A stretch of DNA of 64,000 nt from positions 64,001 through 128,000 of the forward strand of contig CAVQQD010000001.1 in assembly GCA_963714975.1 (NCBI GenBank). Direction: 5' to 3'. The DNA comes from an uncultured Gammaproteobacteria bacterium. Lineage in GTDB: Bacteria > Pseudomonadota > Gammaproteobacteria > JAURND01. Shown here in pieces: positions 43,932 through 54,001 of the stretch (positions are counted from its first letter, which is position 1; each line of letters begins with the position of its first letter). The notes under the pieces are model-generated. The model was not told the DNA's origin and searched no databases. It saw only the letters and a program-made list of their open reading frames with translations. The position numbers and the translations under genes are program-made.

Positions 43932-44482
43932 AAACGAGAACCTCATACTCGTGGCACAGCCACATGTATGGAATCTCCGGCATTTATGCCGGAGAGGATG
44001 TCAATGTTGGAGCTTTGGCTTGCATTAGCATATCCTTTTGGCAGAGGTTAGAAAATAGGGGGATAACTTTAAAAGAGGGAGTAATGTATAGGATTCGTGA
44101 GATTTTTTCGAGCGAAAAATGATCTAAGTCTTTGAATTTTTTAGGTATTGGTGTCGTTCTAAATCAGCCGCACCCTTAGCCAATCAACAATTACTTAGAG
44201 ATTGGATTGAGCTTTACGCCTATCAACCCGTTTTACTCGAAACATTTGTTGATTCTCGTCGCTTTGTAGGAGGATGTTATAAAGCAGCCAATTGGACCTA
44301 TGTAGGTAAAACAACGGGGTGTGGGAAGTTGGATAGAAATCATCAAGCAACTATTCCCGAAAAGAATATTTGGCTATATCCGTTAACAAAAAAATTTAAG
44401 GATATTCTATGTGGCTAGATGATGGGCGGAACGAATATTTACAGAAAATTATTTGTAATTCATTGATTCCATTGAACATTCC

Positions 44483-44559
44483 TGGTCGGGGTGATAGGAT
44501 TCGAACCTACGGCCTCTGCTTCCCGAAAGCAGCACTCTACCAAGCTGAGCTACACCCCG
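44483..44559 (-). tRNA. tRNA-Pro(CGG)
   Basis: CGGGGTGTAGCTCAGCTTGGTAGAGTGCTGCTTTCGGGAAGCAGAGGCCGTAGGTTCGAATCCTATCACCCCGACCA cloverleaf. Confidence 0.95.
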
Positions 44560-44697
44560 TTGTGACAGTGCCGGAGTTTAATCGATGCCCAAGAGGCTTG
44601 CAATAAAGAAAGGGCTTGTATAATTATTAAACAAATTTTGCAAGTTTCTCCAAAAAATGGTAGGATTACGTGTTTTTAATAGGTTGAGGGGTAATAA

Positions 44698-45360
44698 ATG
44701 CGAATTTTATTGGTAGAAGATGATGAACTTTTGGGCGATGGTGTCCGTATTGGCTTGGTGCAGTATGGATATGTTGTGGACTGGGTCAAAGACGGTCAAG
44801 CGGCTTTACAGGCCATTTTATCCGAGAATTTTGATACCATTGTATTAGATTTAGAGTTACCGAAGCGTTCAGGTCTTGATGTTTTGCGGGCTGCCAGAGC
44901 TAGGAATGTCACTACTCCGGTTTTGATTCTCACGGCGAAAGAATTAGTAGAAGACCGTGTCAGGGGCCTAGATGCTGGGGGCGACGATTATCTCGTCAAG
45001 CCGTTTGATTTTGAGGAATTGTCAGCGCGGATTCGTGCCTTACAGCGTCGATTTGCGTCTCGAGCCGAGCCTATCATTGTTTATGGCAATATTACCTTGG
45101 ATCCAGCTTCTCGTACCGCCTACCTTAATAATGAAACGATTATTTTGTCCCGGCGAGAATTTGCCTTGCTATTCAAGTTATTGGAAAATGTGGGCCGGGT
45201 TCTGTCACGTGAGCAATTAACCCAAACTCTCTACGGCTGGGGAGATGAAATTGATAGTAATGCATTGGAAGTGCATATTCATAACCTACGTAAAAAGTTT
45301 GGCCACAACTTGATACGAACGATCAGGGGCGTTGGTTATGTTGTTGAAAAGGTAAAATGA
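44698..45360 (+). CDS. pmrA: OmpR-family response regulator (PmrA/QseB type)
   Basis: RILLVEDD, VLDL.LP, GLDAG.DDYL.KPF, SNALEVHIHNLRKK. Confidence 0.85.
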   Translation: MRILLVEDDELLGDGVRIGLVQYGYVVDWVKDGQAALQAILSENFDTIVLDLELPKRSGLDVLRAARARNVTTPVLILTAKELVEDRVRGLDAGGDDYLVKPFDFEELSARIRALQRRFASRAEPIIVYGNITLDPASRTAYLNNETIILSRREFALLFKLLENVGRVLSREQLTQTLYGWGDEIDSNALEVHIHNLRKKFGHNLIRTIRGVGYVVEKVK

Positions 45361-46766
45361 CCTCCTCAATTCGAAATTTTCTCATTACCAACTTGCTATT
45401 GAGCGTGATTTTAATCACCTCACTTAGCATGGTTGCTAACTTCTTCATTGAAAATAAAGACCTGCAAAATCATTTGGACCAAAAATTGGTTGAGTCAGCA
45501 TTTGCCATTCAGGCTTTTATGAGTCAAACGCCCCCGCCTGAGGAATTAGAACGCATCCAAAAAAACATCGATAGCCTTTCTACGGTACGATACCCCATAA
45601 AATTGCACAATAAAAGTAACTTCTTCAGTAACACTCAAGAGGAATTTCGATTTCAGGTTAACAATAAATATGGCCAGATAATTTTGCATTCAGCCACTCC
45701 ATTGCCTGCGAGCTTTTCTAGCGTTTTTATTGGGTTATCGCATCGTACCTATAAAGAAAAATCATGGCGAATTTTTGCCACCATCGATCCTATTAGTAAA
45801 GTAAAAATTATCATTGCAGAACAATATGATTTTCGCCGACTGCTTGCAGGACAAATCACCCAGGAATCCATGTTAGTCATGCTGATTAGCTACCCTTTTT
45901 TAGGGATGTTAATTTGGATGATTATTGGCCGTGGCTTGAGTAGTTTGCAGCGGGTATCGGATGAAGTTCGCAGGCGTGCCCCCGATCATTTAGAACCCAT
46001 TGATGTGAACCAAGTACCGATTGAAATTCAAGCGATTGTGGAGGAATGGAACAAGTTGTTTGCTCGGTTAAAAGCGGCGTTTGAACGAGAAAAGCGTTTT
46101 GCGGCTGATGCCGCTCATGAATTAAAGACGCCATTGGCGGCTTTGAAGGCTCACACCCAAGTAGCCTTAAATGCAAAAAATGAAGCGGAACGAGAAGCTG
46201 CGTTGCGAAAAATACTCACCGGGGTAGACAGGAGTGCTCATGTCGTACATCAACTACTGACACTCAGCCGAGTCGGGCAAGGATTAGCCTTAGAACATTC
46301 TATCCGAGTCAATATCGTTCGTCAGGCTAAAGAGGTGATGGCTGAGTTGGCTCCAGAGGCTTTGCAGAAAAATAGTGAAATTGAATTGATTGCCCCGGAA
46401 AAAGAACCTCTGATCCAAGGCCATTCGACAGCAATAGCCATTTTAATTCGAAATTTGGTCGATAATGCGATTCGTTACACGCCAGAAAATAGCCTAGTAC
46501 GCGTGATCATAGAAGAACAAACGGCAGGTGTAGTATTAAAAGTCATTGATAATGGCCCGGGAATCCCGGAGCATTTAAGGCAGCAGGTTTTTGAAAGGTT
46601 TTTTAGGCTATTAGGAAACAAAAGCCCTGGCAGTGGGCTCGGTTTAGGAATCGTGCGACAAATTGCTGAGCTGCATAAGGCGAAAATTTCGCTTGATACC
46701 CCTCCTGGCGGACAAGGATTACAAGTAACCATTATCTTTCCAGTTGAACGTACTGCTTCCTCATGA
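45357..46766 (+). CDS. pmrB: Sensor histidine kinase (PmrB/QseC type)
   Basis: Two TM helices, HAMP, DAAHELKTP, NLVDNAIRY, D.GPGI, GSGLGL. Confidence 0.85.
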   Translation: MTSSIRNFLITNLLLSVILITSLSMVANFFIENKDLQNHLDQKLVESAFAIQAFMSQTPPPEELERIQKNIDSLSTVRYPIKLHNKSNFFSNTQEEFRFQVNNKYGQIILHSATPLPASFSSVFIGLSHRTYKEKSWRIFATIDPISKVKIIIAEQYDFRRLLAGQITQESMLVMLISYPFLGMLIWMIIGRGLSSLQRVSDEVRRRAPDHLEPIDVNQVPIEIQAIVEEWNKLFARLKAAFEREKRFAADAAHELKTPLAALKAHTQVALNAKNEAEREAALRKILTGVDRSAHVVHQLLTLSRVGQGLALEHSIRVNIVRQAKEVMAELAPEALQKNSEIELIAPEKEPLIQGHSTAIAILIRNLVDNAIRYTPENSLVRVIIEEQTAGVVLKVIDNGPGIPEHLRQQVFERFFRLLGNKSPGSGLGLGIVRQIAELHKAKISLDTPPGGQGLQVTIIFPVERTASS

Positions 46767-46781
46767 TGTAATCACTTCCCT

Positions 46782-49358
46782 ATGGTTCTAATCACTCCCA
46801 ACCAACGGCTTAGTGCTTATTTTCAAGCTATGCCTGCTTGGGCCGATTTTCACTGCGTCCCAGTGAGTGATTGGGTTACTCAGACTTATCAGAAACTGTA
46901 TCGCAATTCAGGGCAAAAGCTGCCCTGGCTGCTGAGCGACACGCAAAGCTTAATAGTTTGGGAACAGATCATTAGGGATTTTTGGCAACAATCTCCCCAG
47001 GAATTTTCTGTATTCTCTTATCATCAGCTGGCTAATATTGCTTACGAAGCATGGCGCCTGTTACAGCAATGGCAAGTGCCGCTATCACCACTCCTACAAA
47101 TGCCCTCCGAAGAAACCAAGGCCTTCTTAACTTGGGCCCAGGCATTCCAGGATTATTGCCAGCAGCGGCATTATGTCGACAGTAGCCGTTGTGTAGAATA
47201 TCTGCTGACGCAATGTGAAAAGCAGCCAATATTAGGCGCGCAACAGCTCATTGTCGCGGGTTTTGACGAAATTCCTCCGCAAATACAAGCACTATTGTGT
47301 CGCTGTAGCTCGAAAAAACTCCGTTTTTATCAATCTGAGATGCAGACCGACACAGTTCAGCGTGTTGCCTTGCTGGATCTGGAACAAGAGCTGCAAACGA
47401 TGGCAGCCTGGGCTAATCAACAAGTGACCCGCAATCCCCAAGCGCGCATAGGCTGCGTAATACCCCAACTAAGCCTAATTCGCGATAAAGTGCATCGGGC
47501 ATTTAGCAAAGCTATCTCTTCTGAAGCTGGCTTCAATATTTCCGCGGGTGAGTCTTTTGCTGCTTATCCCATGATTGATACTGCCAGGCAAATTTTGCAA
47601 CTAGGGCCAGGAAGAATTTCACTGGAGGAAATCAGCACTTTATTACGTTCGCCTTTTATTGGCGATGCGGAGACGGAAAAAATAGCTCGTGCCCAATGGG
47701 ATGTGGTGTTACGCAAGCGAGCTACTAGCGAGCTAAGCTTGGTTTCTGCCCTGAATTTTGCTGAAAAAACCAGCTCGTGCCCCGAATGGCTAGCTTATGG
47801 GCGCGCTTATCTGGCAAGCTGCGCAGCACTGCCAACTAGGCAATCACCAAGCGAATGGGCTCGACATTTCACAGCTCAACTCGAAAGTTTTGGGTGGCCT
47901 GGGGAACGCTCTTTGACTAGCGATGAATATCAGCAACTGCAACGCTGGCAGGCTTTATTAGAGGAATTTGCTAGCTTTGATCTGGTGCATGACGACATGG
48001 ACCGTGAGCAGGCCTGTTATTATTTAGGTAATTTAACCCAAAATATTTTATTCCAAGCCCAAACGCCACCGGCTCCCATCCAAATACTAGGTGTATTAGA
48101 GGCAGCCGGGATGCTTTTTGATCAGCTTTGGGTGATGGGAATGAACGATCAAACCTGGCCCCAGCCCCCTGCGCCAAATCCATTTATTCCGGTGCACATC
48201 CAGCGTAAGTTTAATATGCCACATGCTTCAGCGCAGCGAGAACTGGATTTTAGTCGCCGTTTAACTGAGCGATTTTGTCATAGTGCCAAGCAGGTGCAGT
48301 TTAGCTATTCGCAATTCGATGGCGATTTGCCGTTAGCGTGCAGTCCTCTCCTGCAGGAGGTTACGGAAGTTGCTGCAGAAGCTATGCTTACCCCTCATCC
48401 GCCTTCGGCACCTTCTCCCACAAGGGGAGAAGGAATAAGGTCGAAGGTTTATGAGGAATCAGCGCCGCCGGTGGTTCCTGGGCAAGTGCCAGGGGGGACG
48501 AATGTATTAAAAGAGCAAGCGGCTTGCCCATTCCGCGCATTTGCCAGAATAAGATTAGGTGCAGCAAAATTGCCGCCGATTAAATCCACCTTACTGCCTC
48601 AAGAGCGAGGGGCTTTGTTGCATGAAATGTTGGATCGGGTATGGGCAGAATTAAAGGATCATAAGACGTTATTGCAGCAGTCTGCTGAAGATTTAGAGTT
48701 GCTCATCGCAAGGGCAGTGGCCAGCGCTTTACGGACTTATAATGCACGAGCGCTAGAGCCACTGCCGCCACAGTTTCAAGCAGTGGAATCGCAACGCTTG
48801 CAAGAGCTGGCGAAAGAATGGCTGGAGCTTGAAAAACAACGCCCACCTTTTCTAGTAATTGCGCGAGAAGCACAGCACGAGGTGGAGCTGGGGCAACTTA
48901 ATTTCAAATTACGCATTGATCGTGTCGATCAGCTGGCGGATGGCAGCCAGATTATTATTGACTATAAAACGGGCCAACCGCGAATTGAAGATTGGTTTGG
49001 TGAAAGACCGGATGATCCGCAGTTACCTCTCTATTGTTTGCAGGATAAAGCAGCTATTGATGGCCTCGTGTTTGCCCAGATTCGAGCGGAAAAGTTATTA
49101 TTTAAGGGCATCAGTGCAGCAGAGATCAGCATCTCAGGGGTGCAAACCATTGCTGAACAACGCATTGATCCTGCGATTACTACTTGGGAAGCCTTTAAAA
49201 ACAGTCAGCATCAAAAGTTGACGCAAATAGCAGCGGAATTTCAAGCGGGAATAGCCCGCGTGGATCCAAAATATCAAGAACAAACCTGCCGACAATGTGA
49301 TTTGCACATGCTGTGTCGGATAGCAGTTCCTTCCCCCACAAGGGGCGTTGTTGAATAA
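46782..49358 (+). CDS. addB: AddB-like inactive helicase plus PD-(D/E)XK nuclease
   Basis: ITPN.RL, ACPFRAFA, RIDRVD, IIDYKTG, QLPLY, C..C...C Fe-S cysteines. Confidence 0.8.
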   Translation: MVLITPNQRLSAYFQAMPAWADFHCVPVSDWVTQTYQKLYRNSGQKLPWLLSDTQSLIVWEQIIRDFWQQSPQEFSVFSYHQLANIAYEAWRLLQQWQVPLSPLLQMPSEETKAFLTWAQAFQDYCQQRHYVDSSRCVEYLLTQCEKQPILGAQQLIVAGFDEIPPQIQALLCRCSSKKLRFYQSEMQTDTVQRVALLDLEQELQTMAAWANQQVTRNPQARIGCVIPQLSLIRDKVHRAFSKAISSEAGFNISAGESFAAYPMIDTARQILQLGPGRISLEEISTLLRSPFIGDAETEKIARAQWDVVLRKRATSELSLVSALNFAEKTSSCPEWLAYGRAYLASCAALPTRQSPSEWARHFTAQLESFGWPGERSLTSDEYQQLQRWQALLEEFASFDLVHDDMDREQACYYLGNLTQNILFQAQTPPAPIQILGVLEAAGMLFDQLWVMGMNDQTWPQPPAPNPFIPVHIQRKFNMPHASAQRELDFSRRLTERFCHSAKQVQFSYSQFDGDLPLACSPLLQEVTEVAAEAMLTPHPPSAPSPTRGEGIRSKVYEESAPPVVPGQVPGGTNVLKEQAACPFRAFARIRLGAAKLPPIKSTLLPQERGALLHEMLDRVWAELKDHKTLLQQSAEDLELLIARAVASALRTYNARALEPLPPQFQAVESQRLQELAKEWLELEKQRPPFLVIAREAQHEVELGQLNFKLRIDRVDQLADGSQIIIDYKTGQPRIEDWFGERPDDPQLPLYCLQDKAAIDGLVFAQIRAEKLLFKGISAAEISISGVQTIAEQRIDPAITTWEAFKNSQHQKLTQIAAEFQAGIARVDPKYQEQTCRQCDLHMLCRIAVPSPTRGVVE
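48391..48433 (+). repeat. REP/RPE-like palindrome inserted in frame in addB
   Basis: CCCCTCATCCGCCTTCGGCACCTTCTCCCACAAGGGGAGAAGG, encoding PHPPSAPSPTRGEG. Confidence 0.8.
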
Positions 49359-49378
49359 TTCCCCCACAAGGGGAGAAG
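49329..49378 (+). repeat. Two partial copies of the same REP-like palindrome at the addB end
   Basis: CCTTCCCCCACAAGGGG and TTCCCCCACAAGGGAGAAGG. Confidence 0.7.
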
Positions 49379-49412
49379 GAATAGTGCTGGGGTTTATTAG
49401 AGAGAGGGTAAA

Positions 49413-52016
49413 ATGCCAGACTCACAATTACGCCAACGTGCTTTATCTCCCAATGATTCCTTCATTGTGCAAGCTCCCGCGGGCTCAGGTAAAACGGAAT
49501 TGCTAGTGCAGCGTTTTTTAGTGCTGCTGGCCCATGTGAATGATCCAGAAGAAATCTTAGCACTGACCTTTACCCGTAAAGCGGCAGCAGAAATGCGTCA
49601 GCGTATTTTGCGAGCATTAACAGCAGCTGCGTCACATCCCGCGCCTGCTGAACCTCATGCTTATAAAACCTGGCAATTAGCGACAGCTGCTTTAACTCAG
49701 GATCAAAAACAGCAATGGAATTTGCGTCAAAATCCCCATCGGTTACATGTGCAAACTATTGATGCTTTTTGTGCCCGCTTAATTCGACACATGCCTTTGT
49801 TATCAGGTTTGGATAGTAGCATGGCCATTGCGGAAGATGCGGCTGAAATATATTTATTAGCAGCAAAACGATGCTTGGCTAGCTTGGAAGATCAACAACC
49901 TTGGTCAAAAGCCTTGGCAGAGTTAATGTTGCATTTGGATAATCAAATTCCTTTATTGGAGCAATTACTGGTGAGTATGCTTGCCAGGCGCGATCAGTGG
50001 CTACCTTATTTGATTTCACACGCCAAACCTTCTAATCGCACAGAACTCAAGCAGCGCCTTGAGCAAGGCTTGCAACATATTGTCTTAGAGGCTTTGGAGC
50101 AATGTCAGCGTGCCATGCCAAAAGACTGTATGCAGGAAGTGATTGATCTGTTGGAGTTCGCGCAGTCTCATAAACCCTCAACATTATTCCTTCTCCCCTT
50201 GTGGGAGCAGGTGGCCGAAGGCCGGATGAGGGGAGATTTCTGGTCCGCCGTGGCCCATTTATTGCTTACCGAAAAACATACCTGGCGCATTCAAGTTGAC
50301 AAACGCCACGGATTCCCCCCCGAAGCTAAAACAGAAAAAAAACGTTTCGCCGAGTTGTTGCAAAAATTACCTGGCGAAGAATCCTTGCGCATTGCTTTGC
50401 AACAGTTACGTAGTCTACCGCCTATAACCTATAGTGAAGCACAGTGGAAAATTCTGGAGATTTTGTTTGAAGTTTTACCGATTTTAGTCGCGGAGCTTAA
50501 GCTATTATTTGCTGAAAAAAACGTGGTGGATTTCACAGAAATTTCTTTGGCGGCGTTACGTGCCTTGGGCGATCCGGATTCGCCCACTGATTTAGCCCTG
50601 CGACTTGATTATCAATTGCAGCATATTTTAGTTGATGAATTTCAAGATACTTCCAGCACTCAATATCGTTTGCTTGAACAATTAACCAGCGCTTGGCAAC
50701 CCAATGAGGGCCGCAGTCTGTTTGTGGTGGGTGACCCGATGCAATCGATTTATCGCTTCCGGCAAGCCGATGTGGGCTTGTTTTTAAAAGCGCAACAACA
50801 AGGCATCGGACCGATTGCCCTCGAATCCATGCAGTTGCAGGCCAATTTTCGGGCAACTCCGACACTCATTGCCTGGGTCAATACTCAGTTCCAGAAATTA
50901 TTTCCTCTTCAACCTGACATTGCTTTAGGAGCAGCGCCATTTCATGAGTCGATTGCTATGCAGCCCGACTTGGAGGGCTCCAAGGTAAACCTGCATTCTT
51001 GCAAAGATACACATGCTATGGCTGAGTCAATAATCCAGATTATTACTCAACAACTGCATATGGCATCGGAGCAAAGCATTGCGATCTTAGTGCGTTCTCG
51101 TGCGCATTTAGTTGATATCCTCTCTCGATTAAAAACAGCTGAGATAAAATTTCATGCCGTAGAAATGGAATCGCTCATGCAACAACCGGTGGTATTGGAT
51201 TTAATGGCACTCACCGGTGCGCTATTACATTTAGGAGATCGATTAGCCTGGCTCGCCATTTTGCGTGCTCCTTGGTGCGGATTAAATTTGGCTGATTTAC
51301 ATGCGATTGCTGGACAAAATCATGAGCTGCCTTTATGGCAAAGCTTGCAGAATTTTGCGCAAATTGCTGACTTAAGTTCGGAAGGCGCTGAGCGTTTGGC
51401 TCATATAATTCCCACTTTAAATGCGACTCTTGCACAGCAAGGACGATTAAAGTTGCGCGTCTGGATCGAGAATACCTGGGAACAATTAAATGCTCCCGCT
51501 TATTTCACCGCAGCGGAAAAAATCATCGCAAATGCTTATTTTGCTATTTTGGAGGAATTACAGTCGGAATATCCAAAATTAGACTCCACAAAGTTAGCGG
51601 AAAAATTGGCGCAACATCACCTTAGCTCGACAGGTGCTGCGGATTGCAAGTTGTCAGTGATGACAATTCACAAGGCCAAAGGTTTAGAATTCGATACCGT
51701 CATTGTGCCGCACTTGCAGAAACGAAATCGGCCCGATGGAGCACAACTGCTTTTGTGGCTTGACCGCCCCCGCTTGCATGGTCACAACGATTTAATTTTA
51801 GCGCCCATTAAAGCCAAGAAGGCGGAATTTGATCCCATTTATAATTACTTACGAGAAATTGAAAGAGCGAAAACACGTTTAGAGATGACTCGATTACTTT
51901 ATGTCGCAGTAACCCGAGCACGAAAATCCTTGCATTTATTTGCAGAGACCCCGGAAGAGGGCAGCTCGCCCTCGCCGGATAGTTTTTTGTCTCTGCTCCC
52001 CGAATGGGAAAGATGA
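49413..52016 (+). CDS. addA: AddA-like UvrD helicase with no C-terminal nuclease domain visible
   Basis: APAGSGKT, LTFTRKAA.EM, TIDAF, VDEFQDT, VGDPMQSIYRFR, MTIHKAKGLEF, LYVAVTRA. Confidence 0.85.
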   Translation: MPDSQLRQRALSPNDSFIVQAPAGSGKTELLVQRFLVLLAHVNDPEEILALTFTRKAAAEMRQRILRALTAAASHPAPAEPHAYKTWQLATAALTQDQKQQWNLRQNPHRLHVQTIDAFCARLIRHMPLLSGLDSSMAIAEDAAEIYLLAAKRCLASLEDQQPWSKALAELMLHLDNQIPLLEQLLVSMLARRDQWLPYLISHAKPSNRTELKQRLEQGLQHIVLEALEQCQRAMPKDCMQEVIDLLEFAQSHKPSTLFLLPLWEQVAEGRMRGDFWSAVAHLLLTEKHTWRIQVDKRHGFPPEAKTEKKRFAELLQKLPGEESLRIALQQLRSLPPITYSEAQWKILEILFEVLPILVAELKLLFAEKNVVDFTEISLAALRALGDPDSPTDLALRLDYQLQHILVDEFQDTSSTQYRLLEQLTSAWQPNEGRSLFVVGDPMQSIYRFRQADVGLFLKAQQQGIGPIALESMQLQANFRATPTLIAWVNTQFQKLFPLQPDIALGAAPFHESIAMQPDLEGSKVNLHSCKDTHAMAESIIQIITQQLHMASEQSIAILVRSRAHLVDILSRLKTAEIKFHAVEMESLMQQPVVLDLMALTGALLHLGDRLAWLAILRAPWCGLNLADLHAIAGQNHELPLWQSLQNFAQIADLSSEGAERLAHIIPTLNATLAQQGRLKLRVWIENTWEQLNAPAYFTAAEKIIANAYFAILEELQSEYPKLDSTKLAEKLAQHHLSSTGAADCKLSVMTIHKAKGLEFDTVIVPHLQKRNRPDGAQLLLWLDRPRLHGHNDLILAPIKAKKAEFDPIYNYLREIERAKTRLEMTRLLYVAVTRARKSLHLFAETPEEGSSPSPDSFLSLLPEWER
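50189..50233 (-). repeat. REP/RPE-like palindrome inserted in frame in addA (opposite orientation)
   Basis: CCTTCTCCCCTTGTGGGAGCAGGTGGCCGAAGGCCGGATGAGGGG is close to the reverse complement of 48391-48433. Confidence 0.8.
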
Positions 52017-52062
52017 ATGATTACCTTATTTTGTAACTATTCACCACATTGCCAAGGCTGGC

Positions 52063-52188
52063 AAAAACAGGCAGCTATGAGCCTAGGTTGAAGTAACGAA
52101 ATTGATGAAAAAGCGGAGTGTACATGTTAGTACATGAGCATTTTTCAGATATTTCGTTGGGAAAGATAGGCCATAGATGCCTGTTTTT
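52063..52188. repeat. RPE1-like palindromic repeat
   Basis: Terminal IR AAAAACAGGCAGCTATG..CCTA / TAGGCCATAGATGCCTGTTTTT around the core GCGGAGTGTACATGTTAGTACATGAGC. Confidence 0.6.
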
Positions 52189-52430
52189 ACCTTATTTTGA
52201 TGGCTGGGGTGGGACTAATTGAGCCTGAGCCGCTGGTTGGTCACTCGCCCCAACGGAAGTCCCAGGTTGAAATGAAGCATATACACCTGGTTTGCAGCCA
52301 GTGAGCACTAGCGCTACAACAATTAATAATAGTCTACGCATAAATTAACTCCTTTTTTGGTTGCTAAAATTATGTAAATTTATCATTTTATGATAGTATT
52401 TCAGCTCCTTAACCACTGAGAGCAAGGTCC

Positions 52431-53999
52431 ATGCAATCGCCCCTAGCACCAGAAGAAAAATCAAATTCTTTATACACCTCTGAACAAATAATGCAAGCCA
52501 GAGCAAGCCGGGCGAAATGGGCCAGTCGTTCTTTGCGGTATTTAAAAAAATATAAACCTGCTGATTTCGTGGCAAGAAAGCAATATTGGTATGGACAAGC
52601 AATTTTCTTAGACGCACTTTTCCGTAACCTGGGGGGTTTTTGTGAACAGAAATTCGCAGACCCTAAAGCAGCTCTCGATGCTCGCATTGCCCAATGTCTT
52701 GATGATCCAAAATCCTTAGATATCTTTATTAAGTATGTAGAGGATATGCACGCTCAGGATCCAAAAAAATTAAAGGATCTAAAAGAGGAAAAAAATAATC
52801 CAGTAAAAAATCAACTCTTCCGTAATGCAAACATTATTGCGATAGTGACAGAAATCAGTAGCCGCGGTGAATTGCCCGTTGTAGGTGCTGCTGCTAATTC
52901 AAATCGCGATGGTTCGGCCAAATATTTTAAAGGCTCTCTGGAAGAACTACTGTGTCGGCATACCAACTCGATGTTTGCCCTAATGACTCATTTTAAGGTG
53001 GAAAATAACCCGGAACAAACCAAGGAATTTCAACGTCGCTACGCCCGCCTCTGTTTTCGAATCTTGCAGAAGGTTTTAAAGCAAGGGGACCCTTATTTGG
53101 AAAGTCATGTTTTTTTGCAAGACTTGGTTACGGAACGGGGAGATGCTAAAGGTACCAGCACTCCCTCCGAACCTATTTTTTTTGATTTTGAAAATACAGT
53201 GTATGAAGTACCTGCTGGGTCTGGACATGCCAGCTTTTGCCAATTTGTGCCCGAGGTTTGTGGCAAAGCCGAGGATTTAACCAAAGCCTTAAATGAGCCT
53301 GAGCCTCCTCCCACTTCCCCCATAGTACTTATTTCTACCGCAGCGCCAGATCGACGTAGGCTGGAATCTAATTTCGATAAACGATGTAGTACAAATCACT
53401 TATTACAAACACCAGAAAAAGACTCGACACTCCAGGAGATGATTGTAGGTGGAATCAATTTTCAGTGTACCAAAGCTCTAGAATTAAAAGCCCAGGGTCA
53501 AAAACCTCATGTGGTATTTGTATTGCCAGGGTGTGGCGCTTTTGCTAATCCGCTGCACAAGACCGCAGATATTTTTGTTGCTGCAATAAAGAAACACCGT
53601 GAAGAATTAGAGGCTAAGGGTATTCCTTTTTGCATTGTAGAGCTGAATCGATTCACCTATGCGGCGTTATATAATGCTTGGCATCATCCCGGAATGAATC
53701 AAGAAATTGCTCAACAGAATGCGAAAAAATATGCCGTCTTATATGGCCTACTGGGATTTTTTTCTGGAACTGTTATAGCAGGCGGCTGGAGATGTTATGT
53801 ACATGGTTTAGAGGCAATTAACGTTAAGGATTTTGCAGCCAACATAAAAGAATGGCCACCGGTTTTTTATAATACCCTGGCTATCATGGGCGGGATTTTA
53901 GCTGCTTCCGCGCTGCTAACTCTTTTGATTTATTATCGTAAGAAACCAATCCCTTATGAAGAGATCAAGTTTTCACCTGAAACAATCATAAAAAATTAG
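52431..53999 (+). CDS. Divergent PARG-type macrodomain protein with two C-terminal TM helices
   Basis: AAN...GSLEELLCR.T, STAAPD and PGCGAFANP motifs. Confidence 0.55.
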   Translation: MQSPLAPEEKSNSLYTSEQIMQARASRAKWASRSLRYLKKYKPADFVARKQYWYGQAIFLDALFRNLGGFCEQKFADPKAALDARIAQCLDDPKSLDIFIKYVEDMHAQDPKKLKDLKEEKNNPVKNQLFRNANIIAIVTEISSRGELPVVGAAANSNRDGSAKYFKGSLEELLCRHTNSMFALMTHFKVENNPEQTKEFQRRYARLCFRILQKVLKQGDPYLESHVFLQDLVTERGDAKGTSTPSEPIFFDFENTVYEVPAGSGHASFCQFVPEVCGKAEDLTKALNEPEPPPTSPIVLISTAAPDRRRLESNFDKRCSTNHLLQTPEKDSTLQEMIVGGINFQCTKALELKAQGQKPHVVFVLPGCGAFANPLHKTADIFVAAIKKHREELEAKGIPFCIVELNRFTYAALYNAWHHPGMNQEIAQQNAKKYAVLYGLLGFFSGTVIAGGWRCYVHGLEAINVKDFAANIKEWPPVFYNTLAIMGGILAASALLTLLIYYRKKPIPYEEIKFSPETIIKN

Positions 54000-54001
54000 G
54001 C

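Larger units (their letters stand above)
42247..44004 (+). mobile_element. IS605 element (divergent tnpA and tnpB)
   Basis: TTTAT, then left-end hairpin CCCGTCATTCATGACGAG; right-end hairpin CTCCGGCATTTATGCCGGAG plus GGATGTCAA. Confidence 0.9.

Noticed and set aside
44085-44100. att duplicate of the tRNA-Pro 3' end (ATAGGATTCG)
   Set aside because: Only about 10 nt match, compatible with chance
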